61,822 bases of DNA, filler included, from Basidioascus undulatus (GCA_000826855.1; 6 parts of 6 records of this genome joined end to end with filler, not necessarily neighbours in it); one strand, 5' to 3'. Counted from the whole stretch's first letter, positions 1-12,854 are shown. The notes: a model not told the origin generated them from the letters alone. A program made the numbers and translations.

Positions 1-304
1 CCTCCGCCCCTCCCACCAACCACCTCCCCACCTCCCCCGCCGCCCTCATAGCCCCCGGCAGCCCCGGAAAGAACGCGAGCTCCTGCTCGGTCCTCCACCC
101 GCTCCTTGCAATCGAGACAAAGTACAGGGCATCCCAGCGCACAAGCGGGGAGGCGGAGATATGCGTGGCGGAGGTGTCGAAGGGCGTGAGGAGGAGGGCG
201 AGGATCTGGAGGAGTGCATGGCGGAGGAGGAGGGAGAGCAGGGAGAGCAGGAGGAGGAGTGGGGCGGGGGGGAGGCGCAGGAGGCGGCGGAGGGGAGAGC
301 GCAT
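1..304 (-). CDS. GPI18: GPI mannosyltransferase II (PIG-V/Gpi18), 5' part; runs off the window start
   Basis: Manual minus-strand translation from ATG 304: MRSPLRRLLRLPPAPLLLLLSLLSLLLRHALLQILALLLTPFDTSATHISASPLVRWDALYFVSIARSGWRTEQELAFFPGLPG. The FDTS, RWDALYF and EQE-AFFPG motifs are typical of the PIG-V family. Not in the ORF track. Confidence 0.88.
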   Translation of the reverse strand, partial: MRSPLRRLLRLPPAPLLLLLSLLSLLLRHALLQILALLLTPFDTSATHISASPLVRWDALYFVSIARSGWRTEQELAFFPGLPGAMRAAGEVGRWLVGGAE

Positions 305-370
305 GGTGTGAGGGAGAAATGGTGGGGTGGGATGAATTAACGGATTGTAAGCATCGTCGAGCGCGAAGAA

Positions 371-530
371 CTGCTGGATAAGGAGCTGCTGGACGAGGGT
401 GCTGAAGGTGAACCGCGTCAACCGCGTCAACCGCCGTCGCGTCCTCGCGTCCTCGCGGCTGCATCCGCTGTCACTGTCACTACCGACTCATGGCCGCGTG
501 TCAGCCTTCACAGCGCTCACAGCTTCCTTT
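371..530. repeat. Cluster of short imperfect tandem duplications in a divergent promoter
   Basis: CTGCTGGA x2, AACCGCGTC x2.7, CGCGTCCT x2.5, CTGTCA x2 and CACAGC x2 lie within ~160 bp. Confidence 0.6.
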
Positions 531-1723
531 ACTGGATTCTCACATGGTAACTTACTTCAAGTTACCAGGTGGATTCATAAATGCGCTCATTACGAAATGT
601 TATGGGAGGTTTGACTGCCAGAAGAGAGTGGTGCCGCAACCTGCGCGCAGTCCAAATCGGCCGACAGGATGGCCCTCAGACTCTGAAGCATATCCTATAC
701 ACCCATGAGACATTTGTAACCCAAACAATGCGGAAGGAGGAGAATTAGAATGGCACGCGTACAGTACCAAAGCAACGCTGGCGTGACTCAAACGGTCCGG
801 GTCGACGACTACGCAGACACTTGACAGCACAGCACCCTCCCTCACCTGCGCGAAAGTGCACTCTCGAGTCAAACCTCTCATACACCTGCTGAACTGACCT
901 ACTGAAACTTCCATATGAGTGTGCTGGGCATGGCTGCGCTCCGGTGACTGCGTTGTAGCGGCCGGGGCGATCGAAGATTGCTTGAGATCGCCCACTATGT
1001 ATCAGTTGGAATGTCGATAGCGACGGTACACTCATCCAGAAGCTACCTCCACTGAAAACAACCCTCAACCGGAAGGTTGGGAGCGGACCCAGCGAAGGTC
1101 GCCGTCGGGGGCACTGACCGCGTTACAGACGCTTGGACCGATGGGCATGCTGGGCATGGACGTTATGGACTAGGCCGGTCACCCAAGATCGGCAATGGAC
1201 CAGCACCACTCATTCTGCGTCACAGGGTCTGTGCAGGCTGAGTAAAACTGGCATGAGCAGCTGCCACCGCACAAAAACTTAAGCACAGCATTGAGGGAAA
1301 ATTCTTCGCATGAAATGGTCGCCAGTGGGAAGCTCCAGCGGCTGATGGTCCAGCAGAATGAGTGTGCACCCATCCATAGAAGCCCCTTGAAACGACGATC
1401 AGCGATAAAATGTTTAGCCAATGCGTAGCAGGGCACTCTCAGTTCCTCGACGTCGTCGAAGCTTTGCTGATGCTGCTGTCTCTTGCGTCAGCATCCGGCA
1501 ACTCGGGTTTCGCTATGGACTTCGGCTTTTGCTGGTCTTCTCTCTTCCTCAGGGCTGTTTTTTGAGCCCATGCGATACGATCGAATGCTGATCTGAGCAC
1601 GCTTTTTCTTCTGCCAGTGACCGCAATCTCACTGCTACGATTCTCCGCCTCTTGACTGAGGACCTTTCACTCTCGGTAGCGCCACGGTTGGAGCGCGGAC
1701 CAACACCACGCTGTTGACCAAAC

Positions 1724-3206
1724 ATGAGTGGAAGCTCATCCTCGACCTCAACTGTTACTTCGAGTGTCGAGGAGAGTCTGTTCGCGTTTAGAGACGGTAC
1801 GGCGGAACGTGGAACTCAACCGACTGCCTCGTTCGTCGCTCACTGCGGGGCTGCTGATTCACGTACAGGTCGCCGCTTTCAAGCACACAACTCGATCTAC
1901 AGGCTTCCGAACGACGAGGTGGGGGCCCAAGTCCTCCCAAATATCGAAGATCCTGAAAAAGATGCTTACTCACTTCCGGTGGTGTCGTGACCAGCGCGAA
2001 CTCGAGCGACTTGACAGCGAGCACGATGTGCTGGCTTTTGCGCTGGACGGGGAGCTCCTTTCGCGGCCAGTCCATCACATCCTCGAACGCGACCCTGGGA
2101 GGCGGAAGCGAGTTCTGGATTTGGGATGCGGGACGGGGCGCTGGTGTGTTCCTCCTTCGTTTCGCTCAGGTTCCGAGTCTGTGGACGCACTCCAAGAAAC
2201 TCACATTCTGCAGGGCCCTCGAGTTCGCACGCAGACACCCGGACGTGGACGTCTTGGGTATAGACCTATCGCCTATACAACCTCGGTCAGCGCTCCTCGC
2301 TCCCCAATCGAGGCAGTTGCGAATTCAAAGCTGACTGCGATTTCACGACAGGGTGTTGATTCCGCCGAACTGCAACTTTGAGGTAGCCGACATCCTCAAA
2401 GACCTGCACCTTTACCCGAGTGACGTGTTCGAGATTGTGCACATGCGCCTTCTCGTTTTCGGCATCACAGACTACGAGCGTGTCATCCGGGACGGTGGGT
2501 CAGACCGCTCTGTAGCCACGCACACGGTCACGCTAATGCGAGCTGTGGGGCCGCGGTGGCAGTTGCGAGCCTGCTACGAGCAGGCGGGATGATTTTCATG
2601 GCGGAGATTCTGCTCTCTGAGGAGTCGCCAGTGGCTAAGTCAGATGCGGCGCTGTGGGCGGAAGCGTGTGCTTTGGAAGGACTCGATCCAGTACGCGATC
2701 CTCTCCCTGGTCTCTGTTGCACAGTTTCGCTAAGACTAGCTCTGGTCAACAGTTTGTGGGTGGGACGCTCGAAGAGTACATCAGCATGTCCAAGCTGTTC
2801 AAGGACACCTCCATCACTGTCCGTGAAATGCCGGCCGGCAACTGGCCATCGGGTAAGTTCTGGCAGCCTCCAAGGAACCTGTTCCTTACACGAAGTTGCC
2901 CGATTCTGTTCCTTCCAAGATCCGACACTCAATAACGTCGCTCGGCAATGGGCTTCCAATATTGTCGCGCTCAATCGAGCATGCATACCCATGCTTCTCT
3001 CGTTCGTCTTGTCTTCAGATGTCCCAGTTTCCCACCTGCATGCGTGCTTCAACGGCTGAGAAGTAACAAACCCTTTTCAACGTTCCAGGCACGGCTTCGT
3101 CGAGGCGGACCTCGAATTCCGAATATCGGAAGTCGCGAGGTACTTTGAAGACCCGACGCGCAGGTCGCAGTGGACGGTCGTCTTCGCCTCCGCGACGAAG
3201 ATTTGA
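1724..3206 (+). CDS. Class I SAM-dependent methyltransferase, LaeA-like/TAM type (~7 exons)
   Basis: Spliced product contains YRLPNDE|RELERLDSEH, VLDLGCGTGRW, VLGIDLSPIQP, PPNCNFEVADI, VHMRLLVFGI and MPAGNWP, ending ...VVFASATKI* at TGA 3204-3206. Confidence 0.85.
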
Positions 3207-3713
3207 TCTATCACCCTTTTAATGGATATTGCGTGCTGCAGGAAGGATCACATTGCCTACTCCAGGTCAGTTCCGACAGCCTTGCTGGACTTGGAAGGAA
3301 GGGAGAGGACCGAGACGCCTTAGTTACGCGTTCAAGAACGTCTCTGGCAGTGACCCACTGCCTGCCTTTTAACGCACCACCTACACAAGGTCACCGCGCT
3401 CTGCCGTAGGTATAAAAAATGCATCATAGTCTTCAGAAAAAGAGACTCAGTGCGACGGCAGCTTGTTTCCTTCCCGGCGCTCAAGCTCGACTGCCCCTTT
3501 GGGACATTGTGGTTCGAATTTGCCGCTGCTGTCCAAATGTCTGGTTGCACATATTTTGTACTTCTTGTCGAAGCATCCGCACGCACGCCACACGCAGTGT
3601 CAACCTCACACGCAGCGGGAGCAAGTGCATTCTCTTTTCAATCGCATTGCCCGGGCCCGAACCGAATGTTGGCCATCGAGAAAAGTAAGTATATGCAGGT
3701 CGCGATGCTTGAT

Positions 3714-5136
3714 TTATGACGACGTGTCTGTCAGATGGGAGGCAGGGAGGGTAAACGGTCCTTCTCGTCACAGGCAGCGGCTCGGAGAATGGAGGAGGGC
3801 AAGACGAACAGTAGTAATAACTATTTCAAGCCAATGTGGTCCAATTAGCCTCAAACTCAAAGAAGAGCAAACAAGGAAGAAGGGAAAGAGAAACGCACTC
3901 ATCCACGAGCGGCAAGTAGTCTTTGACGACACCGCTGAGCAGTCCGACCAGCGGCCAGTGCTCCGTGCGGTCCGCAAAGCCCTTGAGCTTTTGCCTGTCC
4001 CCACGCACCCCACGGCATCAGGACCTTCGCTCCACTTCCCACTACAAACACACAAGAGAACAAAGCACCTGGTAAAGTCCTCCCAAACAGGCCCGCGGAA
4101 GAGGTACCAACCGAGCTGGCGCTCCCGCCCCGCGTACTCGGAGCGCTCCAGCGCACCTTGGGCCGGGCGGCGGAGCTGTCGGGCCAGGAGAGAGAGGAGG
4201 AGGGAGAGGAGGAGGGGCGTCCAGCGGGAGAGGCGCGGGCGGGGGCTGGTGTGCAGGTGGCGGAGGGCAAGGACTGGAGGTGGGGAAGGGGGTGAGAAGA
4301 CGAAGGGCGGGATTGGATGGGTTTAGGGGTGAGAGAAGGGGTTGCCGAAGGATGGGGACGAACCGTAAATGAGCGGCTGAAAAGCGTAGATTATCTCGGA
4401 GAGGCGGTGAGACGTGGACTTGAGCGGGCGGAGGAGGGACGGCGCGGGGGTGAGGTTGTGAGGGTGGAGGGTGTGCGAGAGAAGATACGACTCGAGCGAT
4501 GGGGCGGATTTGAGGTCCTCAAGGGATGTCTTGGGCGTGGGGTCGGTGGTTGAGGAGGAGGATCGTGGAGGTTGGGCGGGCGAAGGGGGGTGCTCGAGGG
4601 AGGGGTCCACGTCCCGCGATGGGATTGGCGGGGAAAGAAGCGGGCGGAAGGACGTCTGGTGCAGGAGTATGAGGCGGAGAAATGCCCTATAACCCCGCAA
4701 TCAAGCTTAGCAACCACTGTGAAAGGGGATAAGGAAGAAGGAGCACGCACTTAACCGCCTCGATCCCGACGACCCACCTCCAGCGGTCGCACTTGCCCTT
4801 CTTTTCCCGCCGGCGCGCAACCATCTCGACGAGTAGCTCGATCTGCCCGAGGACGACGAGCGCGCGTGCCGCGGCGGCGTAGAGCTTCCCCCACGCGGCG
4901 CAGTAGCGGGCGTGCGGGGACGGCGCGGAGAGGCGGGCTAGGAGGAGGTCGTGGTAGAGCGAGGTGAGGTTCAGGGCGGCGTAGATGGCCTCGCCGACGA
5001 GCTCGCCGTCCTCGAATCGGCCGGGGAGGAACCAGGTGAGGTTGCGGAGGGAAGACTCGATCGTGCTGATCGTGCCCAGGTTCGAGAGCAGGAACGACTC
5101 GTACTTGTCCTTCAGCGTTGACAGCGTCGGCGCCAT
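3714..5136 (-). CDS. PEX16: Peroxisomal membrane protein Pex16 (multi-exon, with 11-nt and 14-nt terminal micro-exons)
   Basis: Starts MAPTLSTLKDKYESFLLSNLGTISTIESSLRNLTWFLPGRFEDGE...LYHDLLL, includes WRWVVGIEAVK and ends KDYLPLVDDYYYYTSS*. The C-terminus is assembled from exons 3810-3820 and 3714-3727. Confidence 0.9.
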
Positions 5137-6515
5137 CGTTGCGGCGTCTAGGGGAGTTTGTCCGGAGGAGGGGAGGGGGATAAATGTAACAACTGGGCGC
5201 TTGCGGTCAATTGAGACGGGATGAGCACGAACGGGGAGGGAAAGGGAAAGAGAGCAGGCGAGCATGGCCGGCCAGCGACGTAACCGGTGAGTGCCTTCCG
5301 CCGATGGGGCAGGAAGCTTCCGTGCTTCCCGCCGGCAAGCAAAGCAGATCGTCCATCCCATCATCACCTGCGTAAGCACAAGAAAAATAACAAAAATTCC
5401 CGGACATTTTGTTTTGGAATCAGTGTCAACGATGGGCAGTTATTCAGATCCGGCTGCACACAGCAGCACACGTGTATAGTTCCAGCTAGAGCCGACCCGG
5501 TCCAGCATCGACTTCGTTGTTTCAAAGCCGGATGTACTCGGGATGCAAACTACCTTCAGAGAGGATGTAAAGGTGTTTATGATCCAAAGAAAAAAAGGTC
5601 AGAAAAGCGGGAGGTCGGCTTTTGCATCGAAGCCCGTAAGTGATGTGGTCGGTGTGCGCAGAGTGCACTGGCAGGGCTGGCTAGAGGATCGTCGTCCTAG
5701 CTTGTCCTGGCTAGTGCTCGGTTAGAAACTTCATATAATATGGCCATATGTATTCTGTGGTACAATAAGCTATCCAGAGCTGCGTACTTGCACCCTGTGC
5801 GCATCTTCAGCCGAGGCCATGCTCTGCGCTATGCTCCGACAATCCTCTCTTACGGGGCGCGTGTAGTTGCACCAGCGGCAGGCCCAGAACCGAAAGAAGG
5901 CATTAATTGCCCTTTAATTACCCAAGAGTTTCTGAGATTTGGAGGATGGCCGTTACCCCCGTCCTGTCACTCTTCCCTGCGCCGTCTGCAGCAACTCCAC
6001 TTGTTCAAGATCCTAGGGTGCAGGGAGTCGCCATGCCAAGGTGCTCGATCCTGAGATAAAGGTACAATACTGCTGGAGTGTAATTTTCGGGGTTAAACGA
6101 CCACCCACCCTGGCCGCTCATTCAATATTAAACGTGGCCATGGGCTCATGATCCCCATGAGTGTTCGCATCGATTCTCAGACAACGAGCCGCACGACGGG
6201 AGGGCCGGTCCGCTCCCTTTCAGAGCAAGATATGACGTGCTGTAATAGCTTTTTCTGGTGGAATGTATTAGGCCTTTGGCGTAGATGTCGGTGATGCACC
6301 GCGATGGCATATCAGACAGCGTGCCAGCAGCGCAGCGTGTTTCCAACCCCGGTCCTCTTCGTCCTTCCTTCACATCGCTATCACGTTCGCCGGTCGAGCG
6401 ACTCGTCACCCACATTTAGCAGGACGTGTACTCTAAAAAACATTTCCAATCGAGCCATTACCACATCCTGACCAATTCACCAACTTTCCGTCTCCCAAAC
6501 CCGGGCCAGCCCACA

Positions 6516-6830
6516 ATGTCCCGCCGCCGCTGCAGCGTCCTCCCACCCTTTTCCTCCTCTCTCCTCTGCCTGGCCATCGGCCTCGGCGGGCTCATAGCCT
6601 ACTTCGGCACAGGCCTCCACTCGAGCGACAAGACGCGTGCTGGGTACGTGGACCTCCTGCCGAACCGGCTCACGATCGTCGCGTCGTCGATATGCTACGT
6701 GGTCTGCGGGGCGGTGGGCCTGGGGCTGTGCCTCTGGGTGGGGATGGGCAGGCTTAGAAGGGATAAGGATCCGGAGAGGGGGAGGGAGGAGGGGATCAAG
6801 ATTGGTGAGATTGGTGCGGGGAGGGGGTGA
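6516..6830 (+). CDS. Small (104 aa) hypothetical protein with two hydrophobic segments
   Basis: ATG in a CACA-ATG context, GC3-rich codons like the real genes here, two ~20-aa hydrophobic stretches and a basic/Gly tail. Confidence 0.5.
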   Translation: MSRRRCSVLPPFSSSLLCLAIGLGGLIAYFGTGLHSSDKTRAGYVDLLPNRLTIVASSICYVVCGAVGLGLCLWVGMGRLRRDKDPERGREEGIKIGEIGAGRG

Positions 6831-7214
6831 AACCGCAAACCCTTATTTCAGTAGTCCATCATTCTCGATGAAGGTTGATCCCCTTTACAGTAGCAAGGAA
6901 ACTTCACGGCAGGCTGTACCTTGTCTGCAAGAGAGTCGGTCCGATCATGCACGAGGCGAACAAAGCAAAATGCATAACATGTATTCTGCAAGAGCCGGCA
7001 AACCAAAAAGTACATAGAAAGTGAGCGCAGAGGCGGGTCGAGTCGAGTTCCCGCGCGTTAGCGGAACAGATGAGCATTCCGAGCGTCGACTCGGAGCTCC
7101 AAGATCATTGGGCTGAGGACACCGATGCTTGCCCTTCACGCCCACCATCCTACAATTACTCTTATATGCAAAAACTTCGAGCAACCAGCATCTCGCCTCT
7201 TACAAGTCGCAGAC

Positions 7215-8438
7215 ATGGACCGCTTGCCTGACGAAGCTCTTGGTCGTATTCTACATGTTGCGATCACCGACCAGCCGTGGCGCTACGGGAAGACATCCCC
7301 TCCCGCCCTGGACATCATGCTCGTCTGCCGGCGCTGGAATGTATGTCCCGTCGCTAGAAGCGGAAAAAAACGCACTCCACTGGGACTGAGATGGTTCGGA
7401 TAGTTACTCGCGGCGCCACACCTTTGCAGCCGGGGCGAGCTACTACTAAACACCGCCGACACAGAGTACCTGATCAGCTTCACAGATCACCTCACTTGTC
7501 GTCGAGTTTCTGTCTGCCACCTGACGCCCGTGGAACATCTCAAGTATGTGGTTAGCCCCGATGAGTATTATCGTGGCGAGCAAGAGCTCCTCCCTTTGAC
7601 ATTCCTCACCGGCCTCCGTTCGATCGACGCCCAAAGCAATGAACAACCGGTCACTGGGGGAGCACTTTGTTGCCGGCCTCGTGCTCAGCCCTTCTGTGGC
7701 GCAACTGCGAGAGCTTCGTCTATCGACACACGCTTCAATGGACATGCTGTTCCGCTGTCTCACATCTGGGCATGCTGAGCGATCTCACGCTCGGCCTTCG
7801 GCTTGCAATTTCCGAGGACTAGGCTTTCACTTCAATGTTTGAGCTCCCGCACCCACGATCGCTGACAATCATGGAGAAGTGTGATCCCCCCCGAGCCGCG
7901 GCCGACGAAGTGATTCTGGTTGTTAACCGTGAACTCGGACTCTACCGGTTTCCGGCGGGTGACACCGTTCATAAAGCCTTGGAATCCATCCGCATTCGCC
8001 TCAAACGCTTGTCCCTTGTCTCGACCCAGCCGTCACCCCTCGTACCACTGCAGCTGCATGTCAACTGTCCTTCTCTTCAGACCTATGCGCCGTCCACGCT
8101 CAACGAGACCTACGGGGCCGTGCTTCTCACCCCCTCATCTCGACTCTGCAGCTATCCGATACGTACGACCTCGCTACGCTGGATTCCGACAGGTTTGCGT
8201 TACTCGTTGGGTTTCTCTCTTCCCTCGGATGAACAATCTTCCCGCACTCAAATGGGTCAGCTCAAGCACCCAACCTTCTCTTTGGTCATCTACTCACACT
8301 TAAGAGTACTCCGAGGACATGAGGGAAGAGTCAGAGAGGGCCTCAATCTATGCGCTTCGCATCGCTGGGCTTCTCGACAAGCTGGACATTTCGCTGGTGG
8401 ACGCTGTAGGGATAGACTTGCGGGTGAAGCATGAGTGA
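7215..8438 (+). pseudogene. Decayed F-box (LRR-like) protein gene
   Basis: F-box-like start MDRLPDEALGRIL...IMLVCRRWN is followed by a GT-AG intron. The plausible protein then changes frame near 7640, 7770 and 8140 and has in-frame stops (TAG ~7820, TAA ~8301). Confidence 0.6.
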
Positions 8439-9170
8439 TGTGAGGGGAGTCTGGTCGCATGCGTGATGTACAAATGTTTGGTTTTCAAGCGATTGTTGTA
8501 CCGGTGCCTTTCCACCGCGGCCCTGCTCTGCAGAATCCAGGTTCGTTGCTGCATGTCGCATGTTCTGCCAGTGCTTCCAACAGTTACTATTTGTTGTCAA
8601 GTCGGGAAGCTACAAAAACCTGAATTTCAGGAGCTTTGATTAGGTCTCTTCGCGAAAATTTCGCTTTCTCAATGGGTCTGCATATCAACCTGTTTGAGGG
8701 GTAAGTTTCCGAGTGTCGACCGGCTGAATTGAGGTGAGGTGAGCCAAATATGCTGCAGCAGCTAACGATCCAACTCACTGTTTCTGAGATTAGGAAGACC
8801 AAGCGAGAAGGGAGCGAGGGGATTGGAAGCAAAACGGAAGACATCGGAGGACGTATTAACTGCAAGCGAGAAAGGCAAAGGAAAGTTGAGGAAGAAAGTT
8901 GAGGAAAGAAAGAAAGAGGGCCAAAATTCGCGAAATCGTAGGTCGTGAACCCGAACCAGGTCCATTTCGCTCTCTTCGCGGCGCTCTCGCCTCCTTACTT
9001 GCCACGATCAACTTACTCAACCTATCGAGGCTTTTCGGGCTTCTGAGATTTATCCACGCATTCTGACGATTTCAACAACACCTCGAGGTACCATAGCCAC
9101 ACTGAAAAGTGAGCCCAGTTGCTTTCTGTGGGATGAGACCTGGAGCTGAAGTGCCTTCCCCCCTGCAGGC

Positions 9171-11474
9171 ATGTCCTCCAAGATTCAGCCCGACGGTCGC
9201 AGCGCGAACGGCGACTCTCGTATGCACCACGAGTGAGCGACGGTTACTCTCTCAGCCTAGTGTCATGCAGCTAACAAGGGGGGACCGTTGCAGCTCTCCT
9301 CACCGCTCTTCGCGTCACCGTTCGCACTCGCGCGAGAGCCGCCGCTCGCACCGCTCGAGCCGGCACGACGAGGACGATGAGGCGCGGCGGGAGCGCCGCC
9401 GGAGGCGTGAGGAGGAGGATGACGAGGCCCGCAGGGAGCGTCATAAGCGGCGCCGGGAGGAGCGCGAGAGGGAGCGCAGCAGGAGCAGGGAGTCGCGCAG
9501 CTCACGCCGTCGTGAGTGACCGTCTTGTTGCAGGGGATGGTCAAATGGGCTTGGTTATTGACGGGGGTGGAATACTGCGCAGACCGCGACGACGATGAGC
9601 GTCACGAGAGCCGCAGGCACCGCGATGGCTACGACTACGACCGCCGCCGCTCGCGTTATGACGATGACCGCAGCTCGCGGTACGACGACCGTCGTAGCTC
9701 TCGGGGGCACGATGACGAGAAGTGTTACGATCGTGAGCGCGAGTCCTATCGCCGTGTGTGGCTTTCCAGCATGCACTTCCACTCTCCAATGCTAACCTAC
9801 TCTTCCACAGCCCCTCGTCGCGACGACTACGAGCGCCGTCCGCGCGGCTCTCCCTCGTACGCCCCGCGCCCGCCTACCCCTCCGCCCGCCGAGGCTGCGC
9901 CGGAAGACGACACCGAGTCGGAGCAGCGCACTGTCTTTGTTTCGCAGCTCTCGGCGCGCACTTCGCAGCGCGACCTGGGCAAGTTCTTCGACGACAATCT
10001 CGGTGATGGGAGCGTTCGGGACGCACGGATCGTGATGGACCGCGGCAGCAAGCGCAGCAAGGGGTGAGTTTTCACTATGATCGTGGCCCTGCGCATGGAA
10101 GAGTAGAACGTTGACCGCGGATGACCTGGACTTGCAGTATCGGCTACGTCGAGCTCGCCTCGCTGGACCTCCTTCCCAAGGCGCTTGCGCTGTCCGGACA
10201 GAAGCTGATGGGCCTCCCGGTCCTGGTCATGCAGTCCGAGGCGGACAGGAACCGGCAGCCGCCCGCGGCGACGGCGCAGGTCGCGTCCATGGCGTCCGAC
10301 CCGGCCAACTTCAAGCTCTACGTCGGCAGCTTGCACTTTAACCTCACGCAGGACGACGTCAAGGCCGTGTTCGAGCCATTCGGCGAGCTTGAGTACGTCC
10401 AGCTTCACACGGACGAGATCACGGGCAAGAGCAAGGGCTACGCATTCGTACAGTGAGTGGAGCCTTTTTCTTCGTTTCAAGGATGTGGGCTGATGTGGAT
10501 GCTGCGTAATCAGGTACAAGCGCCTTGAGGATGCTCGTATGGCACTTGACCAGATGAACAACTTCAATCTCGCAGGCAGACAGGTGCGTCTTCGCCCCGG
10601 CGCTTGATGTGCACGAGAGTATGCGCTGATCAACTAGCCCGTGCAGATCCGCGTCAGCCTCGTCAACAATCACGGCATGAACGTCCGGCTGCCCGAGGCG
10701 AACATTGATGATGCAGGTCGGTTGGGCGCTTCTTGGCAGTATTGCTTCGTGGCAGATGTAGTTTGACCGCAACTCTTCGATCGCAGGCCCGAACCTCAAC
10801 GCCATGTCGCGCCACCAGCTGATGCAAAACCTCGCTCGCTCGCACGACCCTCGCGCAGTGCCGGCGCCGAACGAGTCACTGTACGTTTGAGGCTTCCACC
10901 ATTCCGCTCCTTGGAGGCAGTGTGCTGACCGCTGTCCGCGACGACAGGATGATGATGCGCCCTAACATCCCGCAGACGATGGCGACCAAGTCGATCCTGC
11001 TGAAGAACATGTTCGACCCCTCCGAGTGCGTGGTCTCGTTTCTGCGTCTCTCGCCGTATGCTAACAACAGCCGAGTATTGCAGGGAGACCGAGCGCGACT
11101 GGGATCTTGACCTTGCCGAGGACGTCAAGGGCGAGGTCGAGCACAAGTACGGCAAGGTCATCAACATCGCCGTCGAGAAGGAGTCGCAGGTGAGCGGTCA
11201 CAAATGCTCTCCCTCCGCTGTATTGAGAAATTTGCGTGCTGATGAAAGGATTGGTGCACCAGGGCGAGATCGCGGTCCAGTTCGACACGATCGAGGCTGC
11301 GCAAAAGGCGATTCAGGGGCTGAATGGACGCTGGTTTGGAGGTCGCCAGGTTTCTGCTGCGCATCTGAGCGACACGTTCATGGTGCGTTGACTGCCTGCA
11401 CCGTCTTATTTCATCGTGTGCCTTTTGTTCACACCCTTTTCACTTACCTACAGGAGGCTCGCCTTCGCAAGTGA
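9171..11474 (+). CDS. RBM39/CAPER/CC1-like splicing factor (RS/RD-rich N-terminus, two RRMs plus UHM)
   Basis: RRM1 RTVFVSQL...SKRSKG|IGYVE; RRM2 KLYVGSLHFNLT...KSKGYAFVQ; UHM ILLKNMFDP...WDLDLAEDVKGEVEHKYG...LNGRWFGGRQV. About 12 exons. Confidence 0.92.
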
Positions 11475-12336
11475 AAGGCGGAGCGCCGCTGCTCGGACAC
11501 GTCATCTACGTTTCTTTTCCGCTCCCCGCTCCCCCACAAGGCTCGCGTCCACGCCCCTCACTTGTGCTCGCGCAGATCCGCTCCCGCCCTCGCCCCCAAC
11601 CACTCTCCTTTCCCACACAGATATCGCACACATCTACATACAACAAAGCGCAAAGCGCCCGGCATCGAATGCCCTTCCTTCATGGCCCTCTTGTTTTGTG
11701 GTTTATTGTTTACGTTCTTGTATCTTTCGACGTTTCATGAAGGCTTGCCTGGCCTCTCGTCGTGCTGTGTTCGTGAGCTGAGGTTGACGTGATTGCCATC
11801 TGAACTTCGTGGCTTTGTAACATACTGAACTTTGGAACCACTCAACGATGCCTTTTCGCAGACGACGACGGAGAGTCAGCATGTGGTGCGTGCGGAGCAT
11901 GCGCAGACCAAGCGCAGCCCAGCGGGCGACCGGGCCGGTTCTGGAGTGGGCTCGCCCAAACGTCCACGTTCCATGGGATTGCTTGCGCGCCGAATGAACA
12001 CCGATGAGCGAGATCTCATATACAAGCGGAGACAGCAAGACGAGCTTCTTGATGCATCAATGCCGGCTATAGTACTCGCAGCCCTGGACTGCATCACAAT
12101 CGAGGGCAGCCGATCGTATACTGAAGGAACCCTGCGACGCCGAACGTGCTGGGAGCTGCTGGGACGTCCTCCAGCAAGAGATCGGCTCTCGGGGTGATGC
12201 TCTCAGTAGTTTGGCGCACAATGGCGCGCGGCGCCCGGTCCGACGAGGAGGTGGGAGAAAGTACAGGCAGACTCGAGACCTCTGGCCTCCTCGCTTCACG
12301 CTTCGACCGCGCGGCGCGGCGCCGCTGCATACGACG

Positions 12337-12378
12337 GGACCGTGTAAGGACCGTGTAAGGACCGTGTAAGGACCGTGT
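12337..12378. repeat. Perfect 11-bp tandem repeat (GGACCGTGTAA) x3.8
   Basis: Read directly from the sequence. Confidence 0.95.
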
Positions 12379-12854
12379 CCGGATAAATAGGGATCTTTGA
12401 TGGACCCCTTTCTCACAGTGCTCTACAACCTAGGATGGTGGGATGTCTGCTAGAAAAGCAAACGTGGGCGCTGTCTGAAGAGAATTTTATTTGTGTTCAT
12501 TGACGCCAATGCAACTTTTATAGTATTAATACATAGAACTGATAAGAGTTGCTGACGCGAGTGGACCCTGAACGTTTATGGAGGACGATCCCCCCGCACG
12601 CGGGACCCACGGCCGTGCTTTATGGTGCCGGGTTGCCGCTTGATGCTGAGCGAGCCCGCTTCGAGATGCTGCTTTGCCCGGCGGCCTCGCGCCGAATCGG
12701 TCTTTTAAGACTTTCAAGGCACTCCCCATGACCTCCGACGTCCACCATCTCTGTGAGCGGTTCACTCCAGAGTACATTTCGGGCACGCCAGCTGCGTCCA
12801 CGCCCCCCTTCCCCTCGTGGTCTCAACACTCCAACTCCGGCTACAGTCCTAGCC

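Noticed and set aside
3510..3525. GGTTCGAAT T-loop-like motif suggesting a tRNA
   Set aside because: No D-arm, anticodon arm or acceptor stem could be built around it.
11832..12330. 121-aa ORF between RBM39 and the MFS gene
   Set aside because: Non-ATG start and no recognisable motif; at most a decayed relic.
12337..12378. CRISPR-like or telomere-like repeat
   Set aside because: No spacers, eukaryotic context, internal location and only ~4 units.
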